Shown here: one piece after another, positions 38,432-48,321 of the stretch | Position numbering within the stretch: position 1 is the first letter of the stretch | Layout of the letters: each line of letters starts with the position of its first letter | DNA from: Candidatus Rokuibacteriota bacterium | GTDB lineage: Bacteria > Methylomirabilota > Methylomirabilia > Rokubacteriales > CSP1-6 | Assembly: GCA_003221455.1 (NCBI GenBank) | Contig: QHRX01000027.1 | Location: 1 to 63,932 of the forward strand | DNA: 63,932 nucleotides | Reading direction: 5' to 3' | The notes under the pieces: model-generated | Told to the model about the DNA's origin: nothing | What the model saw: only the letters and a program-made list of their open reading frames with translations | The model's database searches: none | Translations under genes and position numbers: made by a program

Positions 38432-38809
38432 ATGCGGGCAGACCAGCTCTTCTTCGGGCTGGGGTCGGTGTCGGCCCTCGTCGCCGTGGCGGCGGGAGCG
38501 TTCGGCGCGCACAGCCTGAAGGGGTGGGTGCCCGAGGATCTCCGCGCCGCCTTCGAGACCGGCACACGCTATCAGATGTATCACGCCCTCGCCCTGCTCG
38601 CGGTGGCGTCGGCGCACAGCCGCTGGCCCGGGGCCGCCGTGACCGCGGCTGGCTGGCTCTTCGTCGCGGGCACGATCGTCTTCTCGGGCAGCCTCTACGC
38701 GCTCGCCCTGACGGGGCATCGCTGGCTCGGCGCCCTCACGCCGCTCGGCGGCGCTGCCTTCCTCCTCGGCTGGCTCACGCTGGCGGCGCGGATGTTGCGC
38801 GGGAACTGA
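38432..38809 (+). CDS. DUF423 (YgdD/TMEM256) membrane protein
   Basis: GAFGAH.L, YQMYHAL, G.IVFSGSLY, LTPLGG. Confidence 0.88.
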   Translation: MRADQLFFGLGSVSALVAVAAGAFGAHSLKGWVPEDLRAAFETGTRYQMYHALALLAVASAHSRWPGAAVTAAGWLFVAGTIVFSGSLYALALTGHRWLGALTPLGGAAFLLGWLTLAARMLRGN

Positions 38810-38990
38810 GGCGGTGCCGCGCTCTTCGCCTTGACGGCGCCCGACGTTCGCGGGAGCATGAGCTCGATCGTCGGATGACTCGTGCGTTCGCGTCGCCCGC
38901 GACGACGGTCCCGCGCTCGGGGTGACGCAATTCCGCGGATCGTAGACGCCAGGCGGGAGTGAGCGCCGGGGGCTGGACGTCGGAGGCCTT

Positions 38991-40853
38991 ATGACATCGC
39001 GAGCGTTCCTCGACGGGCTTCAGGATCGGGCAAACCGGCTCCGGATCCACTCGATCCGCGCTACCACCGCTGCGGGAAGTGGTCATCCGACGAGCTGCTG
39101 CTCGGCGGCGGACCTCGTGGCCGCGCTCTTCTTCGATGTCATGCGCTTCCGGCCCGCCGAGCCGCGCGCCGCGGAGAGCGACCGCTTCGTCCTGAGCAAG
39201 GGGCACGCGGCGCCGCTACTCTACGCCGCGTGGGCCGAGGCCGGCGCGCTCTCCCCGGAGAGCTTGGTGACGCTCCGGCGGATCGACAGCGACCTCGAGG
39301 GCCATCCCACGCCCCGCCTGTCGTTCGTCGATGTCGCGACCGGGTCGCTCGGACAAGGACTCTCGAACGGCGTGGGGATGGCGCTCGCCGGGCGGATGGA
39401 CGAGTCCGACCGCACGGTGTTCGTCCTGCTCGGCGATGGGGAGTGCGCGGAGGGGAGCGTCTGGGAAGCGGCGGCCATCGCGGGCTACTACCGTCTGGAC
39501 ACCCTGGTCGCCATCGTCGACGTCAATCGCCTCGGCCAATCGCAGGCGACGATGCTCGAGCACGACGTCCAGGCGTACCGGAAGCGGTTCGAGGCCTTCG
39601 GCTGGCGGGCCGTCGCCGTCGACGGCCACGACATGAGCGAAGTGGTGAGGGCGCTCCGGCGCGCCCGGCGCCGCTCGGGCCGTCCGGTCGCGGTGGTGGC
39701 GCGGACCGTCAAGGGCAAAGGCATCCCCGAGGTCGAGGACCGCGACGGATGGCACGGCAAGCCGCTCCCGGAGGAGGCCGCGACGCGCGCCATCGCGTCC
39801 CTCGAGCGTCAGCTCCACGGGGGCGAGCTGCCGCCTGTGCGCGTCCCGAAGCGCCGCGCCGCGGCGGCGCTCGCAGCGCCCTCTCCTCTGGTGCCGATGG
39901 CGCCGCCGGCGTACGAGCTCGGCTCATCGATCGCCACGCGCCAGGCCTACGGCGAGGCGCTCGCCAAGCTCGGCAAGCTGAACCCGGTGATCGTGGCGAT
40001 GGACGGCGACGTGAAGAACTCGACGTTTGCGGAGCGATTCAAGGAGGCGTGCCCGAGCCAGTACGTCGAGGGCTTCATCGCCGAGCAGAACATGGTCGGT
40101 GCCGGTGTGGGACTTGGCGTGTGCGGCAAGATCCCCTTCGTGTCGACCTTTGCCTGCTTCCTGACCCGGGCGTTCGACCAGATCCGGATGGCCGCGATCT
40201 CCCGGGCCAACCTGAAGGTGAGCGGTTCGCACTGTGGCGTCAGCATCGGCGAGGACGGGCCCTCGCAGATGGGGCTCGAGGATCTAGCGATGTTCAGGGC
40301 GGTGCCGGGCTCGGTCGTCCTCTATCCGGCCGACGCGGTCTCGACCGAGCGCTGCGTCGAGCTGGCCGCCGGCCACCGCGGGATCGTCTACATCCGGACG
40401 ACGCGCCCCAAGACTCCGGTCGTCTACGGACCGGACGAGCCGTTCGCCATCGGCGCGCTGAAGGTCGTCCGCCAGGACGCCGCCGACCGCGTCACGGTCG
40501 TGGCCGCCGGCGTGACCCTGCACGAGGCGCTCCGCGCGTGGGCCGAGCTCCGCCAGCGGGGGGTGGCGGTCCGCGTCATCGACCTCTATTCGGTGAAGCC
40601 GCTCGACCGGGTGGGCCTCCTCGCCGCCGCCCGCGCGACGGGCGGCCGTCTCGTGACCGTGGAGGATCACTACGCTGAGGGAGGCCTCGGCGACGCGGTC
40701 CTCGAGGCCGTCGCCGGTGAGGGCGTCCGCGTTCGCAAGCTCGCCGTCGCCGAGCTTCCCCGGAGCGGCGCTCCCGAGGTGCTGCTCGATCGCTGCGGGA
40801 TCAGCGCGCGGCACATCGTCCGGACGGTGCTCGAGGTGGCCGGCGCCAGTTAG
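38991..40853 (+). CDS. tkt: Transketolase
   Basis: SGHPTSC, LSKGHAAP, ATGSLGQG, GDGE.AEGS, IAEQNMV, GEDGPSQM. Confidence 0.95.
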   Translation: MTSRAFLDGLQDRANRLRIHSIRATTAAGSGHPTSCCSAADLVAALFFDVMRFRPAEPRAAESDRFVLSKGHAAPLLYAAWAEAGALSPESLVTLRRIDSDLEGHPTPRLSFVDVATGSLGQGLSNGVGMALAGRMDESDRTVFVLLGDGECAEGSVWEAAAIAGYYRLDTLVAIVDVNRLGQSQATMLEHDVQAYRKRFEAFGWRAVAVDGHDMSEVVRALRRARRRSGRPVAVVARTVKGKGIPEVEDRDGWHGKPLPEEAATRAIASLERQLHGGELPPVRVPKRRAAAALAAPSPLVPMAPPAYELGSSIATRQAYGEALAKLGKLNPVIVAMDGDVKNSTFAERFKEACPSQYVEGFIAEQNMVGAGVGLGVCGKIPFVSTFACFLTRAFDQIRMAAISRANLKVSGSHCGVSIGEDGPSQMGLEDLAMFRAVPGSVVLYPADAVSTERCVELAAGHRGIVYIRTTRPKTPVVYGPDEPFAIGALKVVRQDAADRVTVVAAGVTLHEALRAWAELRQRGVAVRVIDLYSVKPLDRVGLLAAARATGGRLVTVEDHYAEGGLGDAVLEAVAGEGVRVRKLAVAELPRSGAPEVLLDRCGISARHIVRTVLEVAGAS

Positions 40854-40932
40854 GCCTCGACTCGACTGGGGAGGTCCCGCGGCGCGCCCACAAGCCCTTG
40901 ATCGCGCGCCGGCCCTTGCCTACCATGGCCCC

Positions 40933-41424
40933 GTGTGGCAAGGCAGCGTCGTCTCGATCCACGTCGCCCCCGAGGCCTCCGCGCTGATGAGATCGGTCGC
41001 CGAGGCGCGAGCTGTTCCCGGGCGCGGGCTCGAAGGCGACCGGTACTTCACGGGCCTGGGTTTCTACTCGCCCCGGCCGGGCTACGGCGGGCGCGAGGTC
41101 ACGCTGATCGAGGTCGAGGTCCTCGAGGCCCTGGCGCACGGCGCGGTGAACGCGGAGGGCCAGCGTCTCGGGATCAAGCTCACGCCCGCCGACAGCCGGC
41201 GCAATCTCGCGACGGTGGGCGTGCCGCTGAGCCATCTGGTCGACCGAGAGTTCTGGGTCGGCGCGGTCCGGATGCAGGGCACGCGGCTCTGCGAGCCGTG
41301 TAAGCACCTCGAGGACCTGACCCAGCCGGGGGTGCTCGCCGCGCTCGTCCACCGGGGCGGGCTGCGCGCCCGGATCCTGACGGAAGGGACGATCCGCGTC
41401 GGGGACATCGTGCGCCCGTCGTAA
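40933..41424 (+). CDS. MOSC domain protein
   Basis: GLEGDRY, REVTLIE, SRRN, RLCEPC.HL, GGLRARIL..G.IRVGD. Confidence 0.85.
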   Translation: MWQGSVVSIHVAPEASALMRSVAEARAVPGRGLEGDRYFTGLGFYSPRPGYGGREVTLIEVEVLEALAHGAVNAEGQRLGIKLTPADSRRNLATVGVPLSHLVDREFWVGAVRMQGTRLCEPCKHLEDLTQPGVLAALVHRGGLRARILTEGTIRVGDIVRPS

Positions 41425-41526
41425 CGGCGCCCGCGGTGCCGCGTGACGGGGCGGGACGGGCCGGTGCCGCGTCTTCGGAGAACATCACCGCCGCCACTCG
41501 TGGGATCCTGGCCTCGACCCGGCCGC

Positions 41527-41715
41527 TCACGACGGGTCGCAGGCCAGCCTCCCGTTGATCCCCCAATTCGACCGCTCCACGTCCTGAAACACGATGTGGA
41601 CCTGGTCTGGTGTCGTCTTGCCGATCGTCACCATCGCGTCGGTGATCGCGGCGACGATCTCACGCTTCTGCTGCTGGGTGCGGCCGGCGTACCACTGGAT
41701 CGTGATGTTCGGCAT
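41527..41715 (-). CDS. 4-oxalocrotonate tautomerase family
   Basis: Catalytic Pro1 (MPNITI), GRT.QQKREIV..IT, NWGING. Confidence 0.88.
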   Translation of the reverse strand: MPNITIQWYAGRTQQQKREIVAAITDAMVTIGKTTPDQVHIVFQDVERSNWGINGRLACDPS

Positions 41716-42405
41716 GGGGCCTCCCTGATGGACCTCGTGACGACTGTCGTGGCGGGATTATGGCAGGCTCCGCCGCCGGCGGGCAAGGCGGGGGCGCCCC
41801 GACCTGGCGGACCCGGGCGCTTGACGAGCTCTGGGTCGGAGCGCAGAATCCCTTCGGCGATCGGTTCGGACCCCAGGGAGTGCCGTATGCCTTGGGACCG
41901 GACGTCCGACACGATTTGGATGCCCTCGTCGACCAGCCAGACGGCCGGCGAGGGCGTTTATGTCTTCGCCGAGCGCACCGCCGAGAGACGCAGGCGAGCG
42001 CTGAGAATGAGGATGAGTGTGCACAGAGGCCGTCGGGCCGGGGTTCGTCCTCGTCGAGGAGCGCCGCGGTCATGCTCCTCGCGCTGAGCGAGCCGATCAA
42101 GGTCGGTCCGGAGCCGGCGGTAAGGCTGACCGACCACCGAAGGGTGGAGGTGGGCCGGATCTTGACCGAGCGCGACGCTCTCACACGCGCGGCGCGCCAG
42201 CGGCACGATCCGCGGGGGACCTCACCCGAGGAGGTTGGAGGTTCATGATCCCGGGTCCCGCGGGCGCGCTCCCCGGGTGCAGATCGGTCGACCGAAGGCA
42301 CCGGCCGGGCATCGCGCCACTCCAGCCGGCGCGCCTCGCGACGCTCGCACGAATCGGGCGGCCGATCGGCGAAGTCGAGAGCCGGTCGCCTACCTCCGTG
42401 TGGTG

Positions 42406-42660
42406 ATGACCGCGTGGTTCTTTCTCGTGTGGGCGCTGGGCGCCCATAACGGCCACTCCTATACGGCCCGGGTCGTTGTCGACCGGATCGTGATGCCGAC
42501 CCTCGAACTGTGCGAGGCGGCGCGCCGTGGCATGGAGGAGGAGCTGGCGGCGGAGCCCGGCACGCTCTACATCCCTGGGCCCTGCGAGCCGGTCCGGCCG
42601 GGCGCGGGGAAGGGAGAGCGCCAGCGCGAGAGCCGCCGCGGTCCGCCGGGCTCCAAGTGA
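42406..42660 (+). CDS. Small hypothetical protein
   Basis: MTAWFFLVWALG...ELCEAARR...PGPCEPV; hydrophobic start, two Cys. Confidence 0.45.
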   Translation: MTAWFFLVWALGAHNGHSYTARVVVDRIVMPTLELCEAARRGMEEELAAEPGTLYIPGPCEPVRPGAGKGERQRESRRGPPGSK

Positions 42661-42714
42661 TACGCTACCGGTTCTGCGTCGGATCGGAAGGCATCTGGGC
42701 GTAGGGAGGGTGCG

Positions 42715-43158
42715 ATGTCGAGGCGCCTGCTGTTCGGGCTATCGATGATGCTGGCGGTGACCGGCGCCGCGTCGGCCGGGATGATCGACGAGAAGCCGCT
42801 GCCGAGGTCTCTCTACGACCGGCTCGGCGGTCAGCCTGCCATCGTTCTCGTCGTCGACGCGTTCGTGGGCAACGTCCTGGGGGACCCGCGGATCAACGCG
42901 CGATTCGCGAACACCGACGTCCCGCGGCTCAAGGCGCTCCTCGTGGACCAGATCTGCGAGGCCGCGGGCGGCCCCTGCCGCTCCGCGGGACGAGACACGC
43001 CGTCCGCCCACTCCGGCAGCGGAGTCACGGCCGCGGACGGCGACGTGCTGGCTGACGATCTCGCCCGAGCGCTCGACACGCTCCGCGTCCCCGCCCAGGA
43101 CCAGGGCGAGTTGCTCGGCATCCTCGGCCAGCTTCCGTCGCTGGGCGTCGGTCAGTAG
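42715..43158 (+). CDS. Group I truncated hemoglobin-like protein with export signal
   Basis: SLYDRLGG..AI..VVD.F, DPRIN.RF, GGPC, AH (F8 His); signal MSRRLLFGLSMMLAVTGAASA. Confidence 0.8.
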   Translation: MSRRLLFGLSMMLAVTGAASAGMIDEKPLPRSLYDRLGGQPAIVLVVDAFVGNVLGDPRINARFANTDVPRLKALLVDQICEAAGGPCRSAGRDTPSAHSGSGVTAADGDVLADDLARALDTLRVPAQDQGELLGILGQLPSLGVGQ

Positions 43159-43217
43159 GCGCGTCCGCCCTGCCCCTGACCCGCCTCCCCCCGCCTGATC
43201 CGATCGCTCCCGGAAGC

Positions 43218-44129
43218 CTAAGGAGAACGCGGAGACCGGTCAAGCGCCGCCAGAAACTCCTCGACCGCACGCAAGGCTGGCGCGGGCGCGTCTTCTTGGA
43301 GGAAATGGCCGGCGTCGGCGAGCTCGCGGACCCGAGCGCCGGGCAGAGCGCGCTGCCACAGCCTCAGCACCGCCTCCGGCAGGACGGAGTCACGCATCCC
43401 CCAGACGATGAGCGTCGGGAGATCGGCCACTGCGGGCAGCGCCCGCTCGATGCGCTGCATCTCCGCGAACGACGGGTCGTTCTCCGCGACCGGGATGTCG
43501 CGCGACCAACAGAGGAGCGCAAGCCGCGACGCCGGGGTGGGGAAGGGCGCCAGGTAGGCCGCGAGGGCCGCGGGCGGAAGGGTCTCTGGACGAGCACTGC
43601 CCGCCCGCAGTGCCGCCTCCACGTACCCGTTCTTCTTCAGGACGAAATGCTCGCCCCGGGGCGAGCGGATGATCTCGAGCAGACGGGGCAGTGGCCCGGC
43701 GGGCCAGGGCGCGAACGCCCAGGTGTTCATTCGCACGAGGCGGCGGATTCGCTCGCGATGGCGAATGGCGACGCCGAGACCGACGGGTCCGCCCCAGTCA
43801 TGGAGCACGAGCGTCACGTCGCGGAGGTCGAGTCGGAGCAGGAGGCTCTCGAGATTCGCGACGTGGTGCACGAGCCGGTAACGGCCCGCATCCTGCGGAA
43901 CCTCTGACTTGCCCATGCCCATCTGGTCGGGGACGACGCACCGGTGGCGCCCCGACAGGGCGAGGATGAAGCGCCGCCAGAGATAGCTCCAGGTCGGGTC
44001 GCCGTGGACGAAGAGGATCGGATCGCCCTCCCCTTCGTCGACGAAGTGCATCCCGAACCCGTTGACCATGAGATAGCGGGGCGCGAACGGGAAAGTCCCA
44101 TCAAACGTGCCGTCCCGGATGTCGAGCAT
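43218..44129 (-). CDS. Alpha/beta hydrolase (haloalkane dehalogenase-like)
   Basis: FVHGDPTWSYLWR, PDQMGMGKS, LHDWGG nucleophile Asp, GHFLQED. Confidence 0.85.
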   Translation of the reverse strand: MLDIRDGTFDGTFPFAPRYLMVNGFGMHFVDEGEGDPILFVHGDPTWSYLWRRFILALSGRHRCVVPDQMGMGKSEVPQDAGRYRLVHHVANLESLLLRLDLRDVTLVLHDWGGPVGLGVAIRHRERIRRLVRMNTWAFAPWPAGPLPRLLEIIRSPRGEHFVLKKNGYVEAALRAGSARPETLPPAALAAYLAPFPTPASRLALLCWSRDIPVAENDPSFAEMQRIERALPAVADLPTLIVWGMRDSVLPEAVLRLWQRALPGARVRELADAGHFLQEDAPAPALRAVEEFLAALDRSPRSP

Positions 44130-44290
44130 GTCGCCCCGGTGACGCCTCCGGCGGAGTCGACTGGTGCCGAGGAGAGGAGCCCGCGGCGTCTGCGCCGAAC
44201 CCGCCCGTCGGTCCCGCACGCGCCTCCTCGTCACCGCACCGCCGCGGTGCGAGGCCGTCGACGCGTCACGGCGAGCCGCTCCTGTCTGCC

Positions 44291-45220
44291 TCAGTCCCAG
44301 AGACGGGTCGAGAAGTAACGCTCCCCGATGTCGTTGAACAGCGTCACGACCCGGCCGCGCCGCTCGCGGCGCGCGATCTGCTCTACGCCGGCGAGGTAGG
44401 CGCCCGACGACTGGCCCACGAAGAATCCGGCCTGGGCGAGCCGCACGCACATCCGGTAGGCGTCGTCGATCGTGACGTGGATCCGTTCGTCGATCATGCG
44501 CTCGTCGAGGATCGCGGGCACGATGTCCTCGGGGCGCCCGAGCGGCTTCAGGCCTTCGACGCCGGGGAAGGCGTCGGGGATGACGCAGACCATGCGGACC
44601 TTCGGGTCGTGCTCCTTGAGCCGCCGGCCGAGGCCCGTGACGGTGCCGCCGGTGCCGACGCCGGCGACCACGTGGGTGAGCCGGCCGCCTGTCTGCTCCA
44701 GGATCTCCACCGCCGTCGTCTCGTAGTGCGCGCGCCAGTTGTCCTCGTTGCCGTACTGGTCGCAGAAGAAGTAGCGGTCGGGGTCGGCCTTGTACCGGCG
44801 GTGCACCTCGCGCAACGCCTCGTCGTAGCCCTGGAGGGCGTCCGTGTAGACGAGCCGGGCGCCGTGCGCCAGCATCCGCTTCTTGCGCTCGGAGCTGGCG
44901 TTGTCGGGGACCACGATCTCGACGGGGTGGCCGATGATCCGGCCGATCATCGCGTAGGCGATTCCCGCGTTACCGGAGGAGCTGTCGAGGATGGTCCGGC
45001 CGGGCTCGAGGCGGCCGTCGGCCAGGGCGCCGAGCAGCATCCTGAGCACCGGCCGATCCTTGAGCGAGCCGCCGGGGTTGAGCGACTCCAGCTTGACGAG
45101 CACCTCGACCCCGGGCAGCTCGTGACGGAAAATGTCGAGCGGCACGAGCGGCGTTCCGCCGATGGCCCGCAGGACCGGGTAACGGTCCAGCAGGCCTTCG
45201 ATCCGGGGGTCCCAGGGCAT
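44291..45220 (-). CDS. cysM: PLP-dependent cysteine synthase
   Basis: IGGTPLV, KLESLNPGGSLKDR, SSSGNAG, GVGTGGT, GQSSGA, DIGERYFS. Confidence 0.88.
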   Translation of the reverse strand: MPWDPRIEGLLDRYPVLRAIGGTPLVPLDIFRHELPGVEVLVKLESLNPGGSLKDRPVLRMLLGALADGRLEPGRTILDSSSGNAGIAYAMIGRIIGHPVEIVVPDNASSERKKRMLAHGARLVYTDALQGYDEALREVHRRYKADPDRYFFCDQYGNEDNWRAHYETTAVEILEQTGGRLTHVVAGVGTGGTVTGLGRRLKEHDPKVRMVCVIPDAFPGVEGLKPLGRPEDIVPAILDERMIDERIHVTIDDAYRMCVRLAQAGFFVGQSSGAYLAGVEQIARRERRGRVVTLFNDIGERYFSTRLWD

Positions 45221-45292
45221 GACAGATGATTCTACCCCAGGCGGCGCGGGGCGCGCGGACGAGCGCCGGGTGGATCAGGCGGCGGGCGCCCG

Positions 45293-45778
45293 TCAGTTCA
45301 GGCGCGCACGGAGGCTATGGAGCGCCCGGTGGGACTGGATGTCGGTCGGCGCCATCCGCACCGCGCCCTCGAACTCGCGCAGTGCCTCCCACACCCGGCC
45401 CTGCCTTAGGTAGATTCGCCCCAGGTTCAGGAACGGGAAGTGGCGCGGCTCGTAGCGCCGGGCCTGCTTGGCCTTCTCGAGCCAGCGGACCGCCTCGTCG
45501 AGCTTCTCCTGCTGCATCAAGTAGACCCCGATGTCGTTGTAGGGGTTGCCGAAGTCGGGGTCGACCTCGATGGCGCGGAGGCACTCGGCGGTGGCCTCGT
45601 CCAGAAGCCCCCGGAAGCTCAGCGTCCAGCCGAGGAACGTGTGCGCCTCCGCCGTCGGGCAGACGGTGATCGATCGCCGGTAGAGCTCGATCGCGCGGTC
45701 CAGATCGCCCTGCATCTGGTGGCGGTACGCCTCTCGCCAGAGCTCCGTCGCCCGCTCGAGATCCCCTGACTGGCTCAC
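45293..45778 (-). CDS. Tetratricopeptide repeat protein
   Basis: AEAHTFLGW, DPDFGNPYNDIG, PFLNLGRIY. Confidence 0.85.
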   Translation of the reverse strand: MSQSGDLERATELWREAYRHQMQGDLDRAIELYRRSITVCPTAEAHTFLGWTLSFRGLLDEATAECLRAIEVDPDFGNPYNDIGVYLMQQEKLDEAVRWLEKAKQARRYEPRHFPFLNLGRIYLRQGRVWEALREFEGAVRMAPTDIQSHRALHSLRARLN

Positions 45779-45928
45779 CGTCGAGACCCCCGCCTCCTCA
45801 GGCTCTCTCGCCGAAATTGTACCCGCCCGCAGCCGGCGCCACCGCCCCGGTTGCCGACCGCCCCGCCGACGCCCAGGGTAGCCCGTCGGTCGAGGGCGCC
45901 CGGGAGACGGCCCCGGGAGGGAGCATCG

Positions 45929-46412
45929 GTGAAGATCGCGCGGATCGAAACGGTGCGAGTGGACGTCCCGCCGCCGGGCGAGGGGTTCCGGCCCGCATGG
46001 GGACCGGGCCTCCTGCAGCGGACCTGGTCTAACGTGCTCGTGAAGGTCTTCACCGACGCGGGCATCATCGGTTGCGCGGCCGGTCATTCCTGTGTCTCGC
46101 ACATCGAGCGCAGCGTCGCGCCGTACATGATCGGCCGGGATCCGTTCGCCGTCGAATACGATCACCAGGTTCTGACCAATGCCGGCGGACCCTTCTTCAT
46201 CGACATCGCGCTCTGGGACATCAGCGGCAACGTGCTGGCGCATCCGCAGGGCATGTACCTCGAGTACCCGCACGACCCGCCCGTCGCGCCCTTGCAGAGC
46301 TTCAGCGCCCTCGTGACCGAGCCACTGACGATCGACACGGAGGGGTACGTGCACGTGACCGACAAGCCGGGGTCGGCGTCGAGCTCAACGAGGAGATCGT
46401 GGAGCGTTACGG
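45929..46412 (+). pseudogene. Mandelate racemase/enolase-superfamily remnant lacking the TIM barrel
   Basis: N-domain (VKI..IE, VKVFTDAGIIG, IGRDPF, IDIALWDI.G) fused directly to C-terminal LEY...P.LG.ELNEE.V.RY with a 1-nt deletion at about 46372. Confidence 0.8.
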
Positions 46413-46530
46413 CACCAGCGGGTGGCGGGCCCTCCCGTCCCGCGGCCGCCCTGTTCGAGGGCGGCGGCAACCCCGGATCGGGGCGCGCGGGCGCCCTTCT
46501 CGTGAAGGAAACGCGAGATCCCGGTCGCGC

Positions 46531-47349
46531 CTATCCGCCGACGATTCTCGCGGCCAGATCGAGGAGGTCCGCCGGATCGACGTCCGACACGAGCGCGTAT
46601 CCGAGGTCCCCGCTCCGCCACAGCACCACGGTGAACCCCCGGACGGTCGTCGCGGACGCCGTCGCCCGTCCGATCGGGCGAAGGCCGCGAGTCGGCCACG
46701 CGAGCCCGTCGGCGCGGAACACGAAGAGCGAGATCGAATGGAGCCGCCGGCCGTAGACGAGGGCTGCCGCCTTGCGGTCGAGGAAGTACGCGACGGCGCC
46801 GCCCTTCAACGGGAACTCCTGGTCGCCCGCGAACGGGACGACCGGCGCGAAGTCGAGACGCCCCTCGAACCACGGCTTGACCCGGTGGATCCCGCCGCTC
46901 TCCACCTCGAGCGGGCGCTCGCTCTGGAGGAGCCGCAGGTGGTCGTTCAGGGCCTCGGTGACCATGCCCGCCGTGCCGTCGGCCCGCCCGACCGTCGCCC
47001 GCTCGTAGTAGAGGAGCGGGAGGGCGACCAGGAGGGCCGCGGCGACCGCGAGCCCGGGCGCGAGCTGCCATCCCCACAGACCGCGCCGCCAGGGGCGGGG
47101 AGTTCTGACGGGCGCCGGCCAGGCGGCGGCGAGGCGGCGCTTCAGCGCCAGGGAGGCCGGATGCACCGGCAGCCGCCGCTCGAGCAGCTCGGTCAGCGTC
47201 TGCTCGACCGCCTCGACGCGGGTGCAGGCGGCGCAGCCGCCGAGGTGCGTGCGGACGTCCTGCTGGCGCGCCGGGTCGAGCGACCCCCGCTGGTAGTCGA
47301 GGAGGTGGAGGCGAACGTCCTGGCAGTCCATCGCGGCGTTACCTGGCAT
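46531..47349 (-). CDS. Transmembrane zinc-finger anti-sigma factor
   Basis: HLGGCAAC (HxxxCxxC), TM helix, periplasmic VKPWFEGRLDFAP domain. Confidence 0.85.
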   Translation of the reverse strand: MPGNAAMDCQDVRLHLLDYQRGSLDPARQQDVRTHLGGCAACTRVEAVEQTLTELLERRLPVHPASLALKRRLAAAWPAPVRTPRPWRRGLWGWQLAPGLAVAAALLVALPLLYYERATVGRADGTAGMVTEALNDHLRLLQSERPLEVESGGIHRVKPWFEGRLDFAPVVPFAGDQEFPLKGGAVAYFLDRKAAALVYGRRLHSISLFVFRADGLAWPTRGLRPIGRATASATTVRGFTVVLWRSGDLGYALVSDVDPADLLDLAARIVGG

Positions 47350-47869
47350 AGTCGCGAAGCTCCTGGCGGAGCGCGGCCCGGGCGCGCGCCAGGCGCGACT
47401 TCACCGTGCCCACGGGGCAGCTGACGACCTCGGCCACCTCGGTTTCGGTCAGGCCCTCGAGGTCGAGCAGAATCACCGTCCGGGCGTCCTCGGAGAGGCT
47501 CATCAGCGCGCGCTCGATGTCCCCGGCGACGACCTTCCGGAGCCGGTCCAGCTCGATGTCCCCCAGGAGCCAGTTCTCCTCAGCGGGGCCGAGCGCCCCC
47601 GAATCGACGGTGTCGAGGCCGCCGACGGTCGGGTTGTTGCGCTGGCGGCGGTACTGGCTGATGAACGTGTTGCGGAGGATTCGGAAGAGCCACGCTTTGA
47701 GGTTGGTGCCCGGCGTGAACTGGCCTGCTGCGGCGAGGGCGCGCACATAGGTCTCCTGGACGAGGTCCTCGGCGTCCGTCTCGCTTCGGGTGAGATACCG
47801 GGCGAGGTTGTGCAAGGTATCGGCGTACGCCAGGGCGTCCCGCCCGAGCCCCGCCTCCGAGTGCGACAC
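47339..47869 (-). CDS. ECF RNA polymerase sigma factor
   Basis: DAEDLVQETYVRA, NLKAWLFRILRN, EVAEVV.CPVGTVKSRLARAR. Confidence 0.92.
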   Translation of the reverse strand: MSHSEAGLGRDALAYADTLHNLARYLTRSETDAEDLVQETYVRALAAAGQFTPGTNLKAWLFRILRNTFISQYRRQRNNPTVGGLDTVDSGALGPAEENWLLGDIELDRLRKVVAGDIERALMSLSEDARTVILLDLEGLTETEVAEVVSCPVGTVKSRLARARAALRQELRDYAR

Positions 47870-47953
47870 TTACCGGCTCCCCATCCGCCTGCCATGATAA
47901 GCCCGTCTTGCGCCGCCTTCGCGTCCGCGAGGCAGCCCTCTCTACCCTATGGC

Positions 47954-47978
47954 AACGCCCCGCCGCGCGAATCGTTCC
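47954..47978 (-). promoter_or_regulatory. Autoregulatory ECF promoter
   Basis: GGAAC-N16-CGTT on - strand about 85 nt upstream of the sigma start. Confidence 0.65.
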
Positions 47979-48249
47979 CTGGACGCCCCTGCCGAAGATC
48001 GGCCCGACGGAGCCGTCGGCACCGGCGACGACGTGGCGGCGGGATCGCGCGCGTGTCGACCGCCCTCCCCCGCCCGCGGCCGGCGCCGCTTTCCCTGGGT
48101 CCCTCGAGGCGCCAGCCGGAGAGGGCCTGCCCCCACGACATCGCGGGTCCGAGTTCGAGGACCGGGCCCGGGCCGGCGTCCACAGGAGCTTCGCGGTTCC
48201 TGAGAGCCGTGCTGACGCCCTCGCCGGTGACGCCCCCCCGGTCGGTCGG

Positions 48250-48279
48250 TTGACACCGGGCCCCGTCGCCACCTAGAGT
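48250..48279 (+). promoter_or_regulatory. sigma70 promoter
   Basis: TTGACA-N18-TAGAGT. Confidence 0.55.
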
Positions 48280-48321
48280 CACGCCAGCTTCGCAGGATCG
48301 CCGAGTTGGAAGGGAGGGGGA

